A DNA stretch of 64,000 nucleotides, from contig JBKCVJ010000046.1 in assembly GCA_046317915.1 (NCBI GenBank), positions 23,352-87,351 of the forward strand, written 5' to 3'. The translations under genes were made by a program, and so were the position numbers. This DNA comes from Sphingobacteriales bacterium. GTDB taxonomy: Bacteria > Bacteroidota > Bacteroidia > Chitinophagales > Chitinophagaceae. Positions within the stretch are counted from its first letter, which is position 1; every line of letters begins with the position of its first letter. Shown in pieces: positions 1 through 8,751 of the stretch. The notes under the pieces were generated by a model. The model was given only the letters and a program-made list of their open reading frames with translations. It ran no database searches and was not told where the DNA came from.

Positions 1-434
1 TTGTAAAGGAAAGCCCCCCACAGCATGATGAAAGTAAACAGATACAGAGGGTGGCGCACCCACCGGTGCAGACCATTGGTTTGCAGTGCCGGTGTCTCTC
101 CTTCCATAAAGAGATCCCTGAATCCTTCCGTTGAGCGCAGATAACGCCTGAGTACATATGCGGCAAGCAACAGGCCCATGAAACTGATGCAAATCCCCAT
201 AATTTTCAATATCGGCCCCGGTTCCCAGAGGTAGGGCGATGGATGAAAAAGCAGGATCAGGATCATAGGGATCAATAACAGGAGCGCGAGGGTGCTATAG
301 ATGAGCCTGAAGAACCTGTAGCCCTTCCCCATCCAGCGTCTAAGCTGCTTTTTAACAGCCGTGCTGGCCAAAATGCTATGCAAAGCACCGTAGGCTGTCC
401 ATTCAGCCGCCAATAGCCATTCCATCGATCCCAT
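1..434 (-). CDS. Isoprenylcysteine carboxyl methyltransferase (ICMT/NnrU-like) family membrane protein, partial (runs off window start)
   Basis: Manual translation, not in ORF track: MGSMEWLLAAEWTAYGALHSILAS...LQTNGLHRWVRHPLYL; the G(L/I)xxxVRHPLY motif is typical of the ICMT/PEMT family; start 434 or 425. Confidence 0.75.
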   Translation of the reverse strand, partial: MGSMEWLLAAEWTAYGALHSILASTAVKKQLRRWMGKGYRFFRLIYSTLALLLLIPMILILLFHPSPYLWEPGPILKIMGICISFMGLLLAAYVLRRYLRSTEGFRDLFMEGETPALQTNGLHRWVRHPLYLFTFIMLWGAFLY

Positions 435-542
435 CCAACAATTTAGTCATGATTTATGTTATCGGGAATAATACTATGGCAGGATTTAAGTTTGTGAAAA
501 CACAAGCCCAAAAGCCGTTAACTTTGAACCAATAGAAGACGT

Positions 543-1046
543 ATGACCTGGTTGTATTTTATTTTGGTTTTGATCGCCACCTTTCTGATTATGGAAGGGG
601 TGACCTGGCTCACACATAAATATGTGATGCATGGATTTCTTTGGTATCTGCACAGGGATCACCATCAGGTGGAGCCGGGCTTCTTTGAGAAGAACGATGC
701 CTTCTTCGTGATCTTCGCCGTGCCCAGCATGCTGTGCATTGCTTTTGGCGTGAGTGGTGGGATCTGGTGGTTGGCCGCCATCGGCTTTGGCATCATGGCC
801 TATGGCTTTGCTTATTTCCTGGTGCACGATGTGATCATCCACCAGCGGTTCAAATGGTTCAGCAGGAGCAGAAATACCTACGTACGCGCGATCCGCTGGG
901 CACACAAAATGCACCATAAACATCTCAATAAGGAACACGGAGAGAGTTTCGGCATGCTCTATGTGCACAAGAAATACTGGGAGAAAGTGCTGCGCGATAA
1001 GCAACTGATGGCCGCAAAGAAAGTGGAGTACGCTCCGGAAGATTGA
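543..1046 (+). CDS. crtZ: Beta-carotene hydroxylase (fatty acid hydroxylase/sterol desaturase superfamily)
   Basis: His boxes HKYVMHG, HRDHH, HDVIIH, HKMHH and FEKND motif; adjacent to lycopene cyclase. Confidence 0.9.
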   Translation: MTWLYFILVLIATFLIMEGVTWLTHKYVMHGFLWYLHRDHHQVEPGFFEKNDAFFVIFAVPSMLCIAFGVSGGIWWLAAIGFGIMAYGFAYFLVHDVIIHQRFKWFSRSRNTYVRAIRWAHKMHHKHLNKEHGESFGMLYVHKKYWEKVLRDKQLMAAKKVEYAPED

Positions 1047-1047
1047 T

Positions 1048-2196
1048 ATGACGGCGCAGCGTTACAACTATATCATCGCTGGCATGGGTTGCGCTGGGCT
1101 TAGCCTGGCGGTTCAGTTGTCTGCCGCCGGACTCACTCGTGGTAAAAAAATCCTGCTGATTGATCGTGAACGCAAAGACGTCAATAACCGTACTTGGTGC
1201 TTCTGGGAAACCCACCCCGGTTTCTTTGAAAACATCGTATTCAAATCCTGGCGCGGTGCATGGTTCCACAGCTCGTCGCATTCCGCCTTGTTGGATCTGG
1301 ACCCTTACCATTACAAAATGATCCGCGGCCTGGATTTCAATACCTACTGCCTCAAAATGATCAAACAAGATCCAGCGTTTGAGGTTGTACATGATGAAGT
1401 GCTATCTATTCATTCCGAAGGGGAGATGGCTGAATGTACAACTACCCATGACCGCTATGAAGCGCCCTGGATCTTCAGTAGCATCATTTTTGATAAGCCG
1501 GCCATTCTTCCGGATGAGTTTTTTCTGCTGCAACATTTCAAAGGTTGGGTGATCAAGGTCCCGAAACCAGTCTTTGATCCCGCCAAGGCAACCCTTATGG
1601 ACTTTCGTCCATCTCAGCAACAGGGAACCACTTTTGTTTATGTCATGCCCTTCACCCCAACGGAAGCATTGGTAGAATATACTTTGTTTACGCCCTCATT
1701 ATTGGACAAAACATCTTACGATCGGGGACTAAGCAATTATATCCGTGAGCAGATTGGGATAGAGGAGTGGGAAGTTATGGAAGAGGAGTTCGGTGTGATC
1801 CCGATGACCAACCATCGATTCCCAAAGAGCCATAACCGTATCATCCATATCGGGACTGCAGGTGGCATGACCAAGGCTTCTTCCGGATATACTTTTCGAT
1901 TCATTCAAAAGGATACTGCTGAGATCATTCGCCAGTTGCAGAAAACAGGAAGGCCCGAAAGATCTGCTACCTGGGCAAAAAGGTTTCAGTGGTACGATAG
2001 CGTGTTGCTGAATATCCTGCACTACCAAACCCTGCAGGGCGATGCGATCTTTACGGACCTGTTTAAGCATAATGCGCCAGATAAGATCCTGAAGTTCCTG
2101 GACAATGAAACCACACTAGCCGAAGACATGAAAATCATGTGGTCACTCCCCCAATGGCCGTTTATGAAGGCAGGCATTGCGGAGGCGTTGAAATAG
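1048..2196 (+). CDS. crtY: Lycopene beta-cyclase (CrtY-type flavoprotein)
   Basis: N-terminal IAGMGCAGLS dinucleotide-binding motif, RTWCFW, EFGVIPM, IGTAGGMTKASSGYTF. Confidence 0.88.
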   Translation: MTAQRYNYIIAGMGCAGLSLAVQLSAAGLTRGKKILLIDRERKDVNNRTWCFWETHPGFFENIVFKSWRGAWFHSSSHSALLDLDPYHYKMIRGLDFNTYCLKMIKQDPAFEVVHDEVLSIHSEGEMAECTTTHDRYEAPWIFSSIIFDKPAILPDEFFLLQHFKGWVIKVPKPVFDPAKATLMDFRPSQQQGTTFVYVMPFTPTEALVEYTLFTPSLLDKTSYDRGLSNYIREQIGIEEWEVMEEEFGVIPMTNHRFPKSHNRIIHIGTAGGMTKASSGYTFRFIQKDTAEIIRQLQKTGRPERSATWAKRFQWYDSVLLNILHYQTLQGDAIFTDLFKHNAPDKILKFLDNETTLAEDMKIMWSLPQWPFMKAGIAEALK

Positions 2197-2254
2197 CTAA
2201 TGGCTAGTAACTATTGGCTATTGTTTGCGACCTCGCGACCTGCTACCTGCGACC
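2194..2254. repeat. Two adjacent heptamer arrays at a convergent gene junction: (TRGCTAN)x4 and (TGCGACC)x4
   Basis: tagctaa tggctag taactat tggctat (2194-2221); tgcgacc t cgcgacc tgctacc tgcgacc (2226-2254). Confidence 0.8.
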
Positions 2255-3098
2255 TAATTTGAATGATTCCGCCAATCAGCGCACAAACTCCCGAAATCAG
2301 TGTAAACAAAAAACTTGCTGAGAACGCTTTGGCGCTGTCTATCATCATCAGTCCGGATCCCGTTACCAGCACCCATTCGCGAATGCCAAGGCCGTTGATG
2401 CTGAGTGGCAGGGCAGACATCACGGATCCGCCGTAAAACAAGATGCCATAGGAGATCCATTGTTCTGCTACAATTGCAAAACCTTTCAGCAGACAAAAGA
2501 AACTCAGCAGTTGAAGACACTGTATCACCCAGGAGAATGCTGTTATTTTGAACAGTACTCCATTGAACGCTGGGAACAACTTGCGATGAAGTAAAAAGTA
2601 AACCAGCCACCCGATGATGAGCAGGATGATGATCCACCATACCTTCACAGGAACATATTCCTGCAACACATCCAGCCTTTGAATAAGCAATAACGCAGCG
2701 ATGGACAATAGTGTAGTCAGTCCATTCACGCGATCCAGCAGTGTGGCCGTAATAAGGGTTTTATAACTGGCCTCGGATCTTTTTTGCAGGTAGATCACTT
2801 TATACGCGTCCCCGCTCACGCCACCTGGCAGGAACAGTCCATAAAACATCGACTTGTAATACAATTGAAGGTTACGAACGTAGGGGATGTTTACACCAAC
2901 ACTCCTGAACAGTTGCAGCAGTCTGTAAGCGCTTAGAAATTGTGAAAGGTTATAAAGTATAAACGCAGGAATCAGCCACCACAGGCTGAATTGCTGAAGG
3001 GTTTCTTTAATGCTTTCCCAGCTGACTTTTTTGAAGACGAGGTAAAAGGCCAACGCAATGAGCCCAATCTTCAATAGCCATTTCAACAGGGACTTCAT
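2211..3098 (-). CDS. Lysylphosphatidylglycerol synthase TM-domain / UPF0104 flippase-like membrane protein
   Basis: Multi-TM protein with LFLPGGVSGDAYKV, DRVNG and PLSINGLGIRE motifs. Confidence 0.8.
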   Translation of the reverse strand: MKSLLKWLLKIGLIALAFYLVFKKVSWESIKETLQQFSLWWLIPAFILYNLSQFLSAYRLLQLFRSVGVNIPYVRNLQLYYKSMFYGLFLPGGVSGDAYKVIYLQKRSEASYKTLITATLLDRVNGLTTLLSIAALLLIQRLDVLQEYVPVKVWWIIILLIIGWLVYFLLHRKLFPAFNGVLFKITAFSWVIQCLQLLSFFCLLKGFAIVAEQWISYGILFYGGSVMSALPLSINGLGIREWVLVTGSGLMMIDSAKAFSASFLFTLISGVCALIGGIIQIRSQVAGREVANNSQ

Positions 3099-4039
3099 GC
3101 TTTTTGCTGATTAGAAAATATCTTTCTGACCTGGTAGGGTAGTTTGTTCTGCGACTCATAGTACGTGCGCATCATGATATCAGTCTGAATACCAAACAGC
3201 AACAACAACAAGCCCGCCAACAGCAGGATCACACCCAGAATAAGCAAGGGCCTGTCGCCGATGCGTTCTCCCTGTATCTTCAACACCAGAAGGTAGAGGT
3301 TGATGATGATGCCGGAGAAAAGAAATAGAAATCCGATGGGTCCAAAGAAGTGCATCGGCTTTTGAAAATATTTCAACCGGAAGATCATCAGGACCAGATC
3401 GCTGGCAACTTTGGACGTTCTGCCAATACCATATTTGGATACTCCGTGGATGCGTGCATGGTGTTTAACGGGCACCTCCGTCATGCGTGCACCCTGCAGG
3501 GCCGCCAATACAGGGATGAATCGATGTAATTCTCCATATAGTCCGAGATTCTTAGCAATCCTTGCATCAAAGACTTTAAGGGTGCAACCATAATCATGCA
3601 GCCTCACCTTGGTACTCTGCCGTATCAATGCATTGGCGATCTTGCTGGGAATCTTCCGAAGCAACATCCCATCCTGTCTTTTCTGGCGGACGCCGGCCAC
3701 AAGGTCCCATTCTTCATCCTGTAATTTTTTCAGCATCATCGGGATATCATCCGGATCATTCTGTAGGTCGCCGTCCATCGTAGCAATATACTCGCCCTCC
3801 GCGGCTTGAATGCCCGCGGCCATGGCTGCAGATTGCCCATAGTTTTTCATCAGGGTGACCAACTTTGTATCTGTGCCAAGGTGTTGTTTTACTTTTTCGA
3901 TGGTCTTGTCTTTGGATCCATCGTCTACCATTACCAACTCATATTCCATACCCTTCAGGGCCTCCCGAAGCCTTGCAAAAAGCGGTTCAATATTATCTTC
4001 TTCGTTATACAGGGCCACCACTACAGACAAACGACTCAT
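3095..4039 (-). CDS. GT2 polyprenol-phosphate glycosyltransferase (ArnC/DPM-synthase-like)
   Basis: VVALYNEEDN, VDDGSKD, NYGQSAAMAAG, MDGDLQNDP, LYGELHRFIP; two C-terminal TM helices. Confidence 0.9.
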   Translation of the reverse strand: MSRLSVVVALYNEEDNIEPLFARLREALKGMEYELVMVDDGSKDKTIEKVKQHLGTDTKLVTLMKNYGQSAAMAAGIQAAEGEYIATMDGDLQNDPDDIPMMLKKLQDEEWDLVAGVRQKRQDGMLLRKIPSKIANALIRQSTKVRLHDYGCTLKVFDARIAKNLGLYGELHRFIPVLAALQGARMTEVPVKHHARIHGVSKYGIGRTSKVASDLVLMIFRLKYFQKPMHFFGPIGFLFLFSGIIINLYLLVLKIQGERIGDRPLLILGVILLLAGLLLLLFGIQTDIMMRTYYESQNKLPYQVRKIFSNQQKA

Positions 4040-4042
4040 GGG

Positions 4043-5593
4043 TTATTTTTTCTGGTAGATGAAAGTATGCTGACTGCTGAACAAGTCTTTTTCATCATGT
4101 ATCAGCGTCAGTTCAGGTATGCTGTCTTTAAGGTCCGGAATTTTCCCGAGTTGCAGTACCAAAGTTTTTGGATGCTGGTCCAGAACCTGTTTCACTTCTG
4201 CAACTGCTGGCAACACAGGAATAGATTTTTGGTGATAATATACAAAGGCATCGTTCATGCGTTTGTAAGCCACCATGTCTGGTGCATCCCTAACCACGCC
4301 ACTGAGTTTTTTCACTGAGCCGGTTTGATCCAGCAATGGGAAAAGCCATGCAAAGAAAAGCATATTGAACAACATGCTGCCGCCGGCGAGCCAAAGCCAC
4401 CATTGTTCTGATTTTTTTTGACGATACAGGAACCAGGCGCCCACGGCAGCCATCGGCAAAATAAACACCATCCATATTTGTGGGAGCAGTTCTGGTAACT
4501 TATCGTTCTTCACCCAGATCACGAAACCAATTGGGAAAAGCAAGGTAATGATCCCAAGGATCAGAAGCTGGATATTCAGGGCTTTTGGCATTCGCAGCGT
4601 AGAAAGGTATGCGCCAATCAGGATGGCTACAAACGGATAAGCCGGACTCGTATAGTTGATCAACTTTGTACTGGAAAAAGAATAAGGGACGATGATAAAG
4701 ATTGTACTGAGCAACATAAAGAACAGAAAGGGCACCACGGCTTTTTTCTTCCATGCATCGATGCTCGCCATCGGCATAAAAACCGAAAACGGAAAGAGTC
4801 CTGCCAGTACAAAAACCAATGGAAGAAAGAAAGGCCCTTTATGTCCGTCTACCGCAGCATTGAATCTGCTCACATTGTGTTCAAAGAAAAAACCTCTTGT
4901 CCACGCACCATCGGTAGCCTCGTGTACCAACCAATACCATGGTAATGCAACAAGGGCAAAAATGAATATGCCGATGAGTGGCTGAAGGGAAACAATGGTT
5001 TTCCAGTTCAGTTCTCTACGGAATAACAGGAAGAAAAAAATGGTTGAACCTGGCAATGCCAGTCCCACCGGTCCTTTTGCAAAAACGGCCAGTCCCATCA
5101 TCGCATACATCGCATAATACCATCGTTTGTTTTTGGTAGCATACCCTTCCCAGAACGAAAACAATGCAAATACATGCGCCAGGATCAGGAAAGGATCGGG
5201 CGTAGCCAACCGAAACTGAAACAGGAAATGAACGGAGCTGAGCAACACCAATGCAGAAATAGTGGCAGCCTTTGTTGAAAAGTGGCGGCGTGTGATCCAC
5301 CATGTACCCAGCACAATGATGATTCCGGCTATGGCAGAGAAAAAGCGGGACGCGCCCTCCGACTTACCTGCAACACTGTAAGCCAGCATCATCATATAAT
5401 AATGTACAGGAGGTTTATCGGTCCTTAATTTGCCGTTGAACATTGGTACAATGCCATCACCAGCCAGCATTTCAGCGGCACATTGTGCGTTGCGGCCTTC
5501 GGCCACCTGAAAAACGGTTGTAGCGCCGAGCCTTATAAACAACAGCACTGCTGCTGCAATCAGGAGATACCAAAATGTGCGGGATGAAGCCAT
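4043..5593 (-). CDS. ArnT/PMT-family (GT83/GT39-like) lipid-linked sugar transferase
   Basis: EGRNAQCAAEM, DKPPVHY, FAKGPVG and KLINY motifs in a polytopic membrane protein; start moved to MASSRTFW (5593) because the longer ORF overlaps the upstream gene. Confidence 0.85.
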   Translation of the reverse strand: MASSRTFWYLLIAAAVLLFIRLGATTVFQVAEGRNAQCAAEMLAGDGIVPMFNGKLRTDKPPVHYYMMMLAYSVAGKSEGASRFFSAIAGIIIVLGTWWITRRHFSTKAATISALVLLSSVHFLFQFRLATPDPFLILAHVFALFSFWEGYATKNKRWYYAMYAMMGLAVFAKGPVGLALPGSTIFFFLLFRRELNWKTIVSLQPLIGIFIFALVALPWYWLVHEATDGAWTRGFFFEHNVSRFNAAVDGHKGPFFLPLVFVLAGLFPFSVFMPMASIDAWKKKAVVPFLFFMLLSTIFIIVPYSFSSTKLINYTSPAYPFVAILIGAYLSTLRMPKALNIQLLILGIITLLFPIGFVIWVKNDKLPELLPQIWMVFILPMAAVGAWFLYRQKKSEQWWLWLAGGSMLFNMLFFAWLFPLLDQTGSVKKLSGVVRDAPDMVAYKRMNDAFVYYHQKSIPVLPAVAEVKQVLDQHPKTLVLQLGKIPDLKDSIPELTLIHDEKDLFSSQHTFIYQKK

Positions 5594-5600
5594 ACAATTT

Positions 5601-6566
5601 TCAGTCTGCAAGATGGGTTTGGCCTTTTTTCCATTGTACGAAGTTGGCAATGCCTTTCTCCAAAGTCAATGAGGCCTCGTACCCTAATTCTTGTTTCGCT
5701 TTGCTTGTGTCCGCAAAGGTCTCTTTCACATCACCGGGCTGCTCGGGCAACCACTGGATCTGTGCTTTTTTGCCTGTCACTTTTTCAAGAGCCTGTACCA
5801 TCTCGAGCAATTGCACGGGCCTGCTACTGCCAATATTGAAAATGGTTTCCTTGCCCTCATAGGCCAGGGCGGTATAAAACCCTTTCACAATGTCAGAGAC
5901 ATAGGTGTAGTCGCGCCGGGTTTTTCCATCTCCAAACAAGGTGATGGGTTTGCCTTCGGTAATTTGCTGGTAGAATTTATGGATGGCGAGATCGGGCCGC
6001 TGGCGCGGACCAAACACCGTGAATAATCGCAAAGCAATGAATTGAATACCGTGAAGATGGCGATATACCTGGCCCATATCTTCAGCAGCCAGTTTGCTGG
6101 CAGCGTAAGGACTAATGGGCTTCAGATCGAAATCATCCTCAGACCATGGCACCCTTGGATTGTTCCCATACACACTGCTGGAAGAGGCAAACACAAATTT
6201 TCGGATGCGATTGATCCTGGCAAATTCAAGCAGGTTAAGGGTCCCCATTACATTGGTCTGGTAATAATCGTGAGCATTTTCAATACTCGGCCGCACACCT
6301 GCTTTTGCCGCCAGGTGGAAGATGGCATCGAAAGTGATTTTCCGGAACCGATAGGTCAACTCAGCAGCCTGTGTTGTGCGGATGTCCAGCTCATGAAAAT
6401 GAAAGGCGGGTTGTTCGCGACACCATTGCAGATTCAGGAGTTTCGCAACGGGGTCATAAAATGGATCGAGGTTATCGATACAATGCACCTCGTGGCCGTC
6501 TTTCAACAGCGTCTCCGCCAGATTACTTCCAATGAATCCGGCTCCGCCGGTCAACAGTATGGTCAT
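5601..6566 (-). CDS. NAD-dependent epimerase, UDP-glucuronate 4-epimerase-like SDR
   Basis: TGGAGFIGS, HLAAKAGVRPS, ASSSSVYG, SPYAASK (YxxxK), RLFTVFGPRQRPDLAIHKF, QPGDV. Confidence 0.85.
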   Translation of the reverse strand: MTILLTGGAGFIGSNLAETLLKDGHEVHCIDNLDPFYDPVAKLLNLQWCREQPAFHFHELDIRTTQAAELTYRFRKITFDAIFHLAAKAGVRPSIENAHDYYQTNVMGTLNLLEFARINRIRKFVFASSSSVYGNNPRVPWSEDDFDLKPISPYAASKLAAEDMGQVYRHLHGIQFIALRLFTVFGPRQRPDLAIHKFYQQITEGKPITLFGDGKTRRDYTYVSDIVKGFYTALAYEGKETIFNIGSSRPVQLLEMVQALEKVTGKKAQIQWLPEQPGDVKETFADTSKAKQELGYEASLTLEKGIANFVQWKKGQTHLAD

Positions 6567-6605
6567 GTTGGTTTGAAAGGGTGAAGGTATGAAAGTTCAG
6601 AGGAT

Positions 6606-6613
6606 TACCTTTG
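6606..6613 (+). promoter_or_regulatory. Bacteroidota -7 promoter box TAnnTTTG (TACCTTTG)
   Basis: Exact consensus match 4 nt before the ATG at 6618, implying an essentially leaderless mRNA. Confidence 0.65.
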
Positions 6614-6617
6614 TGCC

Positions 6618-7229
6618 ATGGGAAGTTTTCAAATAGATGTATCCCACGGCCTTAGTGAGATTGAACAGGCGTGTTGGGAGATGATGGAAAATGCATCAAA
6701 GAACAGACACGCAGGTATGCACCATATGGTAGTGGGTACCGTACGGGAGGGCAAGCCGGAGATCAGAACGGTAATACTAAGAGGTGTGAACAGGGAAGAG
6801 CAGCGTGTCTATTTTCACACAGACAGCCGGAAGGAAATGTTCACGGATATGTCATCCGGTGAACCCATCAGTTTGTTGGTGTACGACCAGCAACTGCGTT
6901 CACAGATCAGGATGAAAGGGCATGCTGTAGTTCATCATATGGATGAACTTTGTAAGCAGAGATGGGCGAAAACCGCAGATTACAGCAGGAGGAGTTACCT
7001 TCAGCCGGGTGTGCCCGGGTTGCCCGCGGAGTCACCGGAATTGCCAGACAATCTGCGTGATTTTTCATATACCCTTGAAGAAAGTGAAGTGGGTTTCAAC
7101 AATTTCGTGGTCATGGAGTGCGTGATAGATAATATGGACTGGTATTTTGCGCATCACCAGGGGAACCGGCGTGCCAACTTTGTGTATGAGGGACAGGCGC
7201 TTTCTTATTCCGGTTGGCTGCACTCCTGA
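6618..7229 (+). CDS. Pyridoxamine 5'-phosphate oxidase-family FMN-binding protein
   Basis: PEIRTVILRG, FHTDSRK, QIRMKG and C-terminal R-x-x-F...W motifs. Confidence 0.8.
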   Translation: MGSFQIDVSHGLSEIEQACWEMMENASKNRHAGMHHMVVGTVREGKPEIRTVILRGVNREEQRVYFHTDSRKEMFTDMSSGEPISLLVYDQQLRSQIRMKGHAVVHHMDELCKQRWAKTADYSRRSYLQPGVPGLPAESPELPDNLRDFSYTLEESEVGFNNFVVMECVIDNMDWYFAHHQGNRRANFVYEGQALSYSGWLHS

Positions 7230-7265
7230 TTCAGTGTATTGACTGAGCGTTTTAGAGTAAAAAAT

Positions 7266-7294
7266 AAATATTTATTGTTTTTCAATAAATATTT
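7266..7294. promoter_or_regulatory. Perfect 12-bp inverted repeat (putative operator) upstream of DUF2975/HTH operon
   Basis: AAATATTTATTG-TTTTT-CAATAAATATTT, abutting a -7-like TAATATTG at 7296-7303. Confidence 0.7.
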
Positions 7295-7324
7295 GTAATA
7301 TTGCAGTGAAATCATCACTGCACT

Positions 7325-7864
7325 ATGGCACAACAAAATTCATGGATCCTGAAAGTCACACATGTGTTGACCTGGATCGTTTTCATCGGTCTTTGTGTTA
7401 ATGCGGGCACAATCCTCACCTCTTATACGTTAAGCGCATTTGTAAACCCTGCTGCCGCATCAAACCTGATGCTGGGATTGGATTTGTCCGCCCTTCGGTC
7501 GGCCGGTAAGGTAGAATACCATGTTATGGTTTGGGGAATCATTCTCGTGACCATCCTGGAAGCCACCTTGTTTTGCAAGTTGCTCCAGATGTTTAAGAAG
7601 ATCGATTTTCAACATCCTTTTCAGGAAGCCATCGGCAAATTGATTTTGCATATGAGCGTGATCTCACTGATTGTGGGCATCCTCAGTAAACAGATGACTG
7701 GATTTGCGGAACACTATATCAGTAAGGGTTTGTCTTTTCCAAGACTTTCAGAGCATATTGGACACGGAGATATCTTCCTTTTATTTGCAGGGATATTGTT
7801 TGTGATCTCCACCATCTTCAAGAAAGGAATTGAATTACAAACAGAAAACGAACTAACCGTTTAA
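7325..7864 (+). CDS. DUF2975-family membrane protein
   Basis: Four TM segments and C-terminal IFKKGIELQTENELTV; directly upstream of a YozG-like HTH. Confidence 0.85.
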   Translation: MAQQNSWILKVTHVLTWIVFIGLCVNAGTILTSYTLSAFVNPAAASNLMLGLDLSALRSAGKVEYHVMVWGIILVTILEATLFCKLLQMFKKIDFQHPFQEAIGKLILHMSVISLIVGILSKQMTGFAEHYISKGLSFPRLSEHIGHGDIFLLFAGILFVISTIFKKGIELQTENELTV

Positions 7865-7867
7865 GGT

Positions 7868-8077
7868 ATGCCCATAATTGTGAATCTCGATGTCATGATG
7901 GCCAAGCGAAAGATGTCGCTCAACACCTTGTCGGAGAAAGTGGGCCTCACGTTATCAAACCTTTCTATTCTAAAGACCGGCAAAGCAAAAGCGATACGCT
8001 TCAGCACCTTAGAAACCATTTGTCAGGTGCTGGATTGCCAGCCAGGGGATATCCTTGAATACCGGGAGGAAGAATAA
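7868..8077 (+). CDS. Cro/C1 (XRE, YozG-like) HTH transcriptional regulator
   Basis: MPIIVNLDVMMAKRKM...NLSILKTGKAKAIRFSTLETICQVLDCQPGDILEY. Confidence 0.92.
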   Translation: MPIIVNLDVMMAKRKMSLNTLSEKVGLTLSNLSILKTGKAKAIRFSTLETICQVLDCQPGDILEYREEE

Positions 8078-8171
8078 AAAAAAGTTGTGACAAACTGAAT
8101 GTATCGGCGTATCACTATTATGTATAGCCGAACAGGCCATCTCGTTTCGATTAACAATTAAATATCAGCAC

Positions 8172-8744
8172 ATGAAAAAAATTCCATTGCATGGGATCAG
8201 GATCCTTATGCTCTTTACGGTCCTCTTTTTAACAGCCTGTCGGGATAATAATGCCAGTGCGCAACAGGGGAAAACTGCGACAGTTAAACCGCCTGCTACG
8301 GATATCCATACGGCTGTGGCTACGGGCAAGTTGGATTTGGTGCAACAGCACATCAAAGCGGGTACAGACATCAACCTTAAGGATCCGATGGGGGGATCGA
8401 GTCCATTGATCACCGCGGCTTTGTATGATCAACGCGAGATTGCAGCATATCTGATCAAGGCTGGCGCTAAGATTAATGTTCAGAACAATGACGGGTCAAC
8501 GGCTTTGCATGTGGCGGCTTTCTTTTGCAAACCGGAGATCCTCAAGATTTTGCTGACAGCAGGTGCGGATAAGCAAATCAAAAACAAATATGGAGACACG
8601 CCGCTGAAGATTGTATCAGCTCCATTCAGTGAGGTGAAGGGCATCTATACGCAGATGAAGCAGATGCTGGAGCCCATTGGTGTGAAGATAGATTTGGTTC
8701 AGGTAGAAAAACTGCGTCCTGAGATGGCGGTCCTGTTGAAATAA
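8172..8744 (+). CDS. Ankyrin-repeat lipoprotein
   Basis: Lipobox FLTAC; ankyrin repeats GSSPLITAA, GSTALHVAA, GDTPL. Confidence 0.85.
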   Translation: MKKIPLHGIRILMLFTVLFLTACRDNNASAQQGKTATVKPPATDIHTAVATGKLDLVQQHIKAGTDINLKDPMGGSSPLITAALYDQREIAAYLIKAGAKINVQNNDGSTALHVAAFFCKPEILKILLTAGADKQIKNKYGDTPLKIVSAPFSEVKGIYTQMKQMLEPIGVKIDLVQVEKLRPEMAVLLK

Positions 8745-8751
8745 AATACCC

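Noticed and set aside
2211-6566. Calling the cluster arnBCADTEF (L-Ara4N)
   Set aside because: ArnA, ArnB and ArnD equivalents are absent from the cluster.
8087-8113. Possible ECF-type promoter GTGACA-N15-CGTATC upstream of the ankyrin gene
   Set aside because: Geometry is plausible, but there is no second copy or known consensus to support it.
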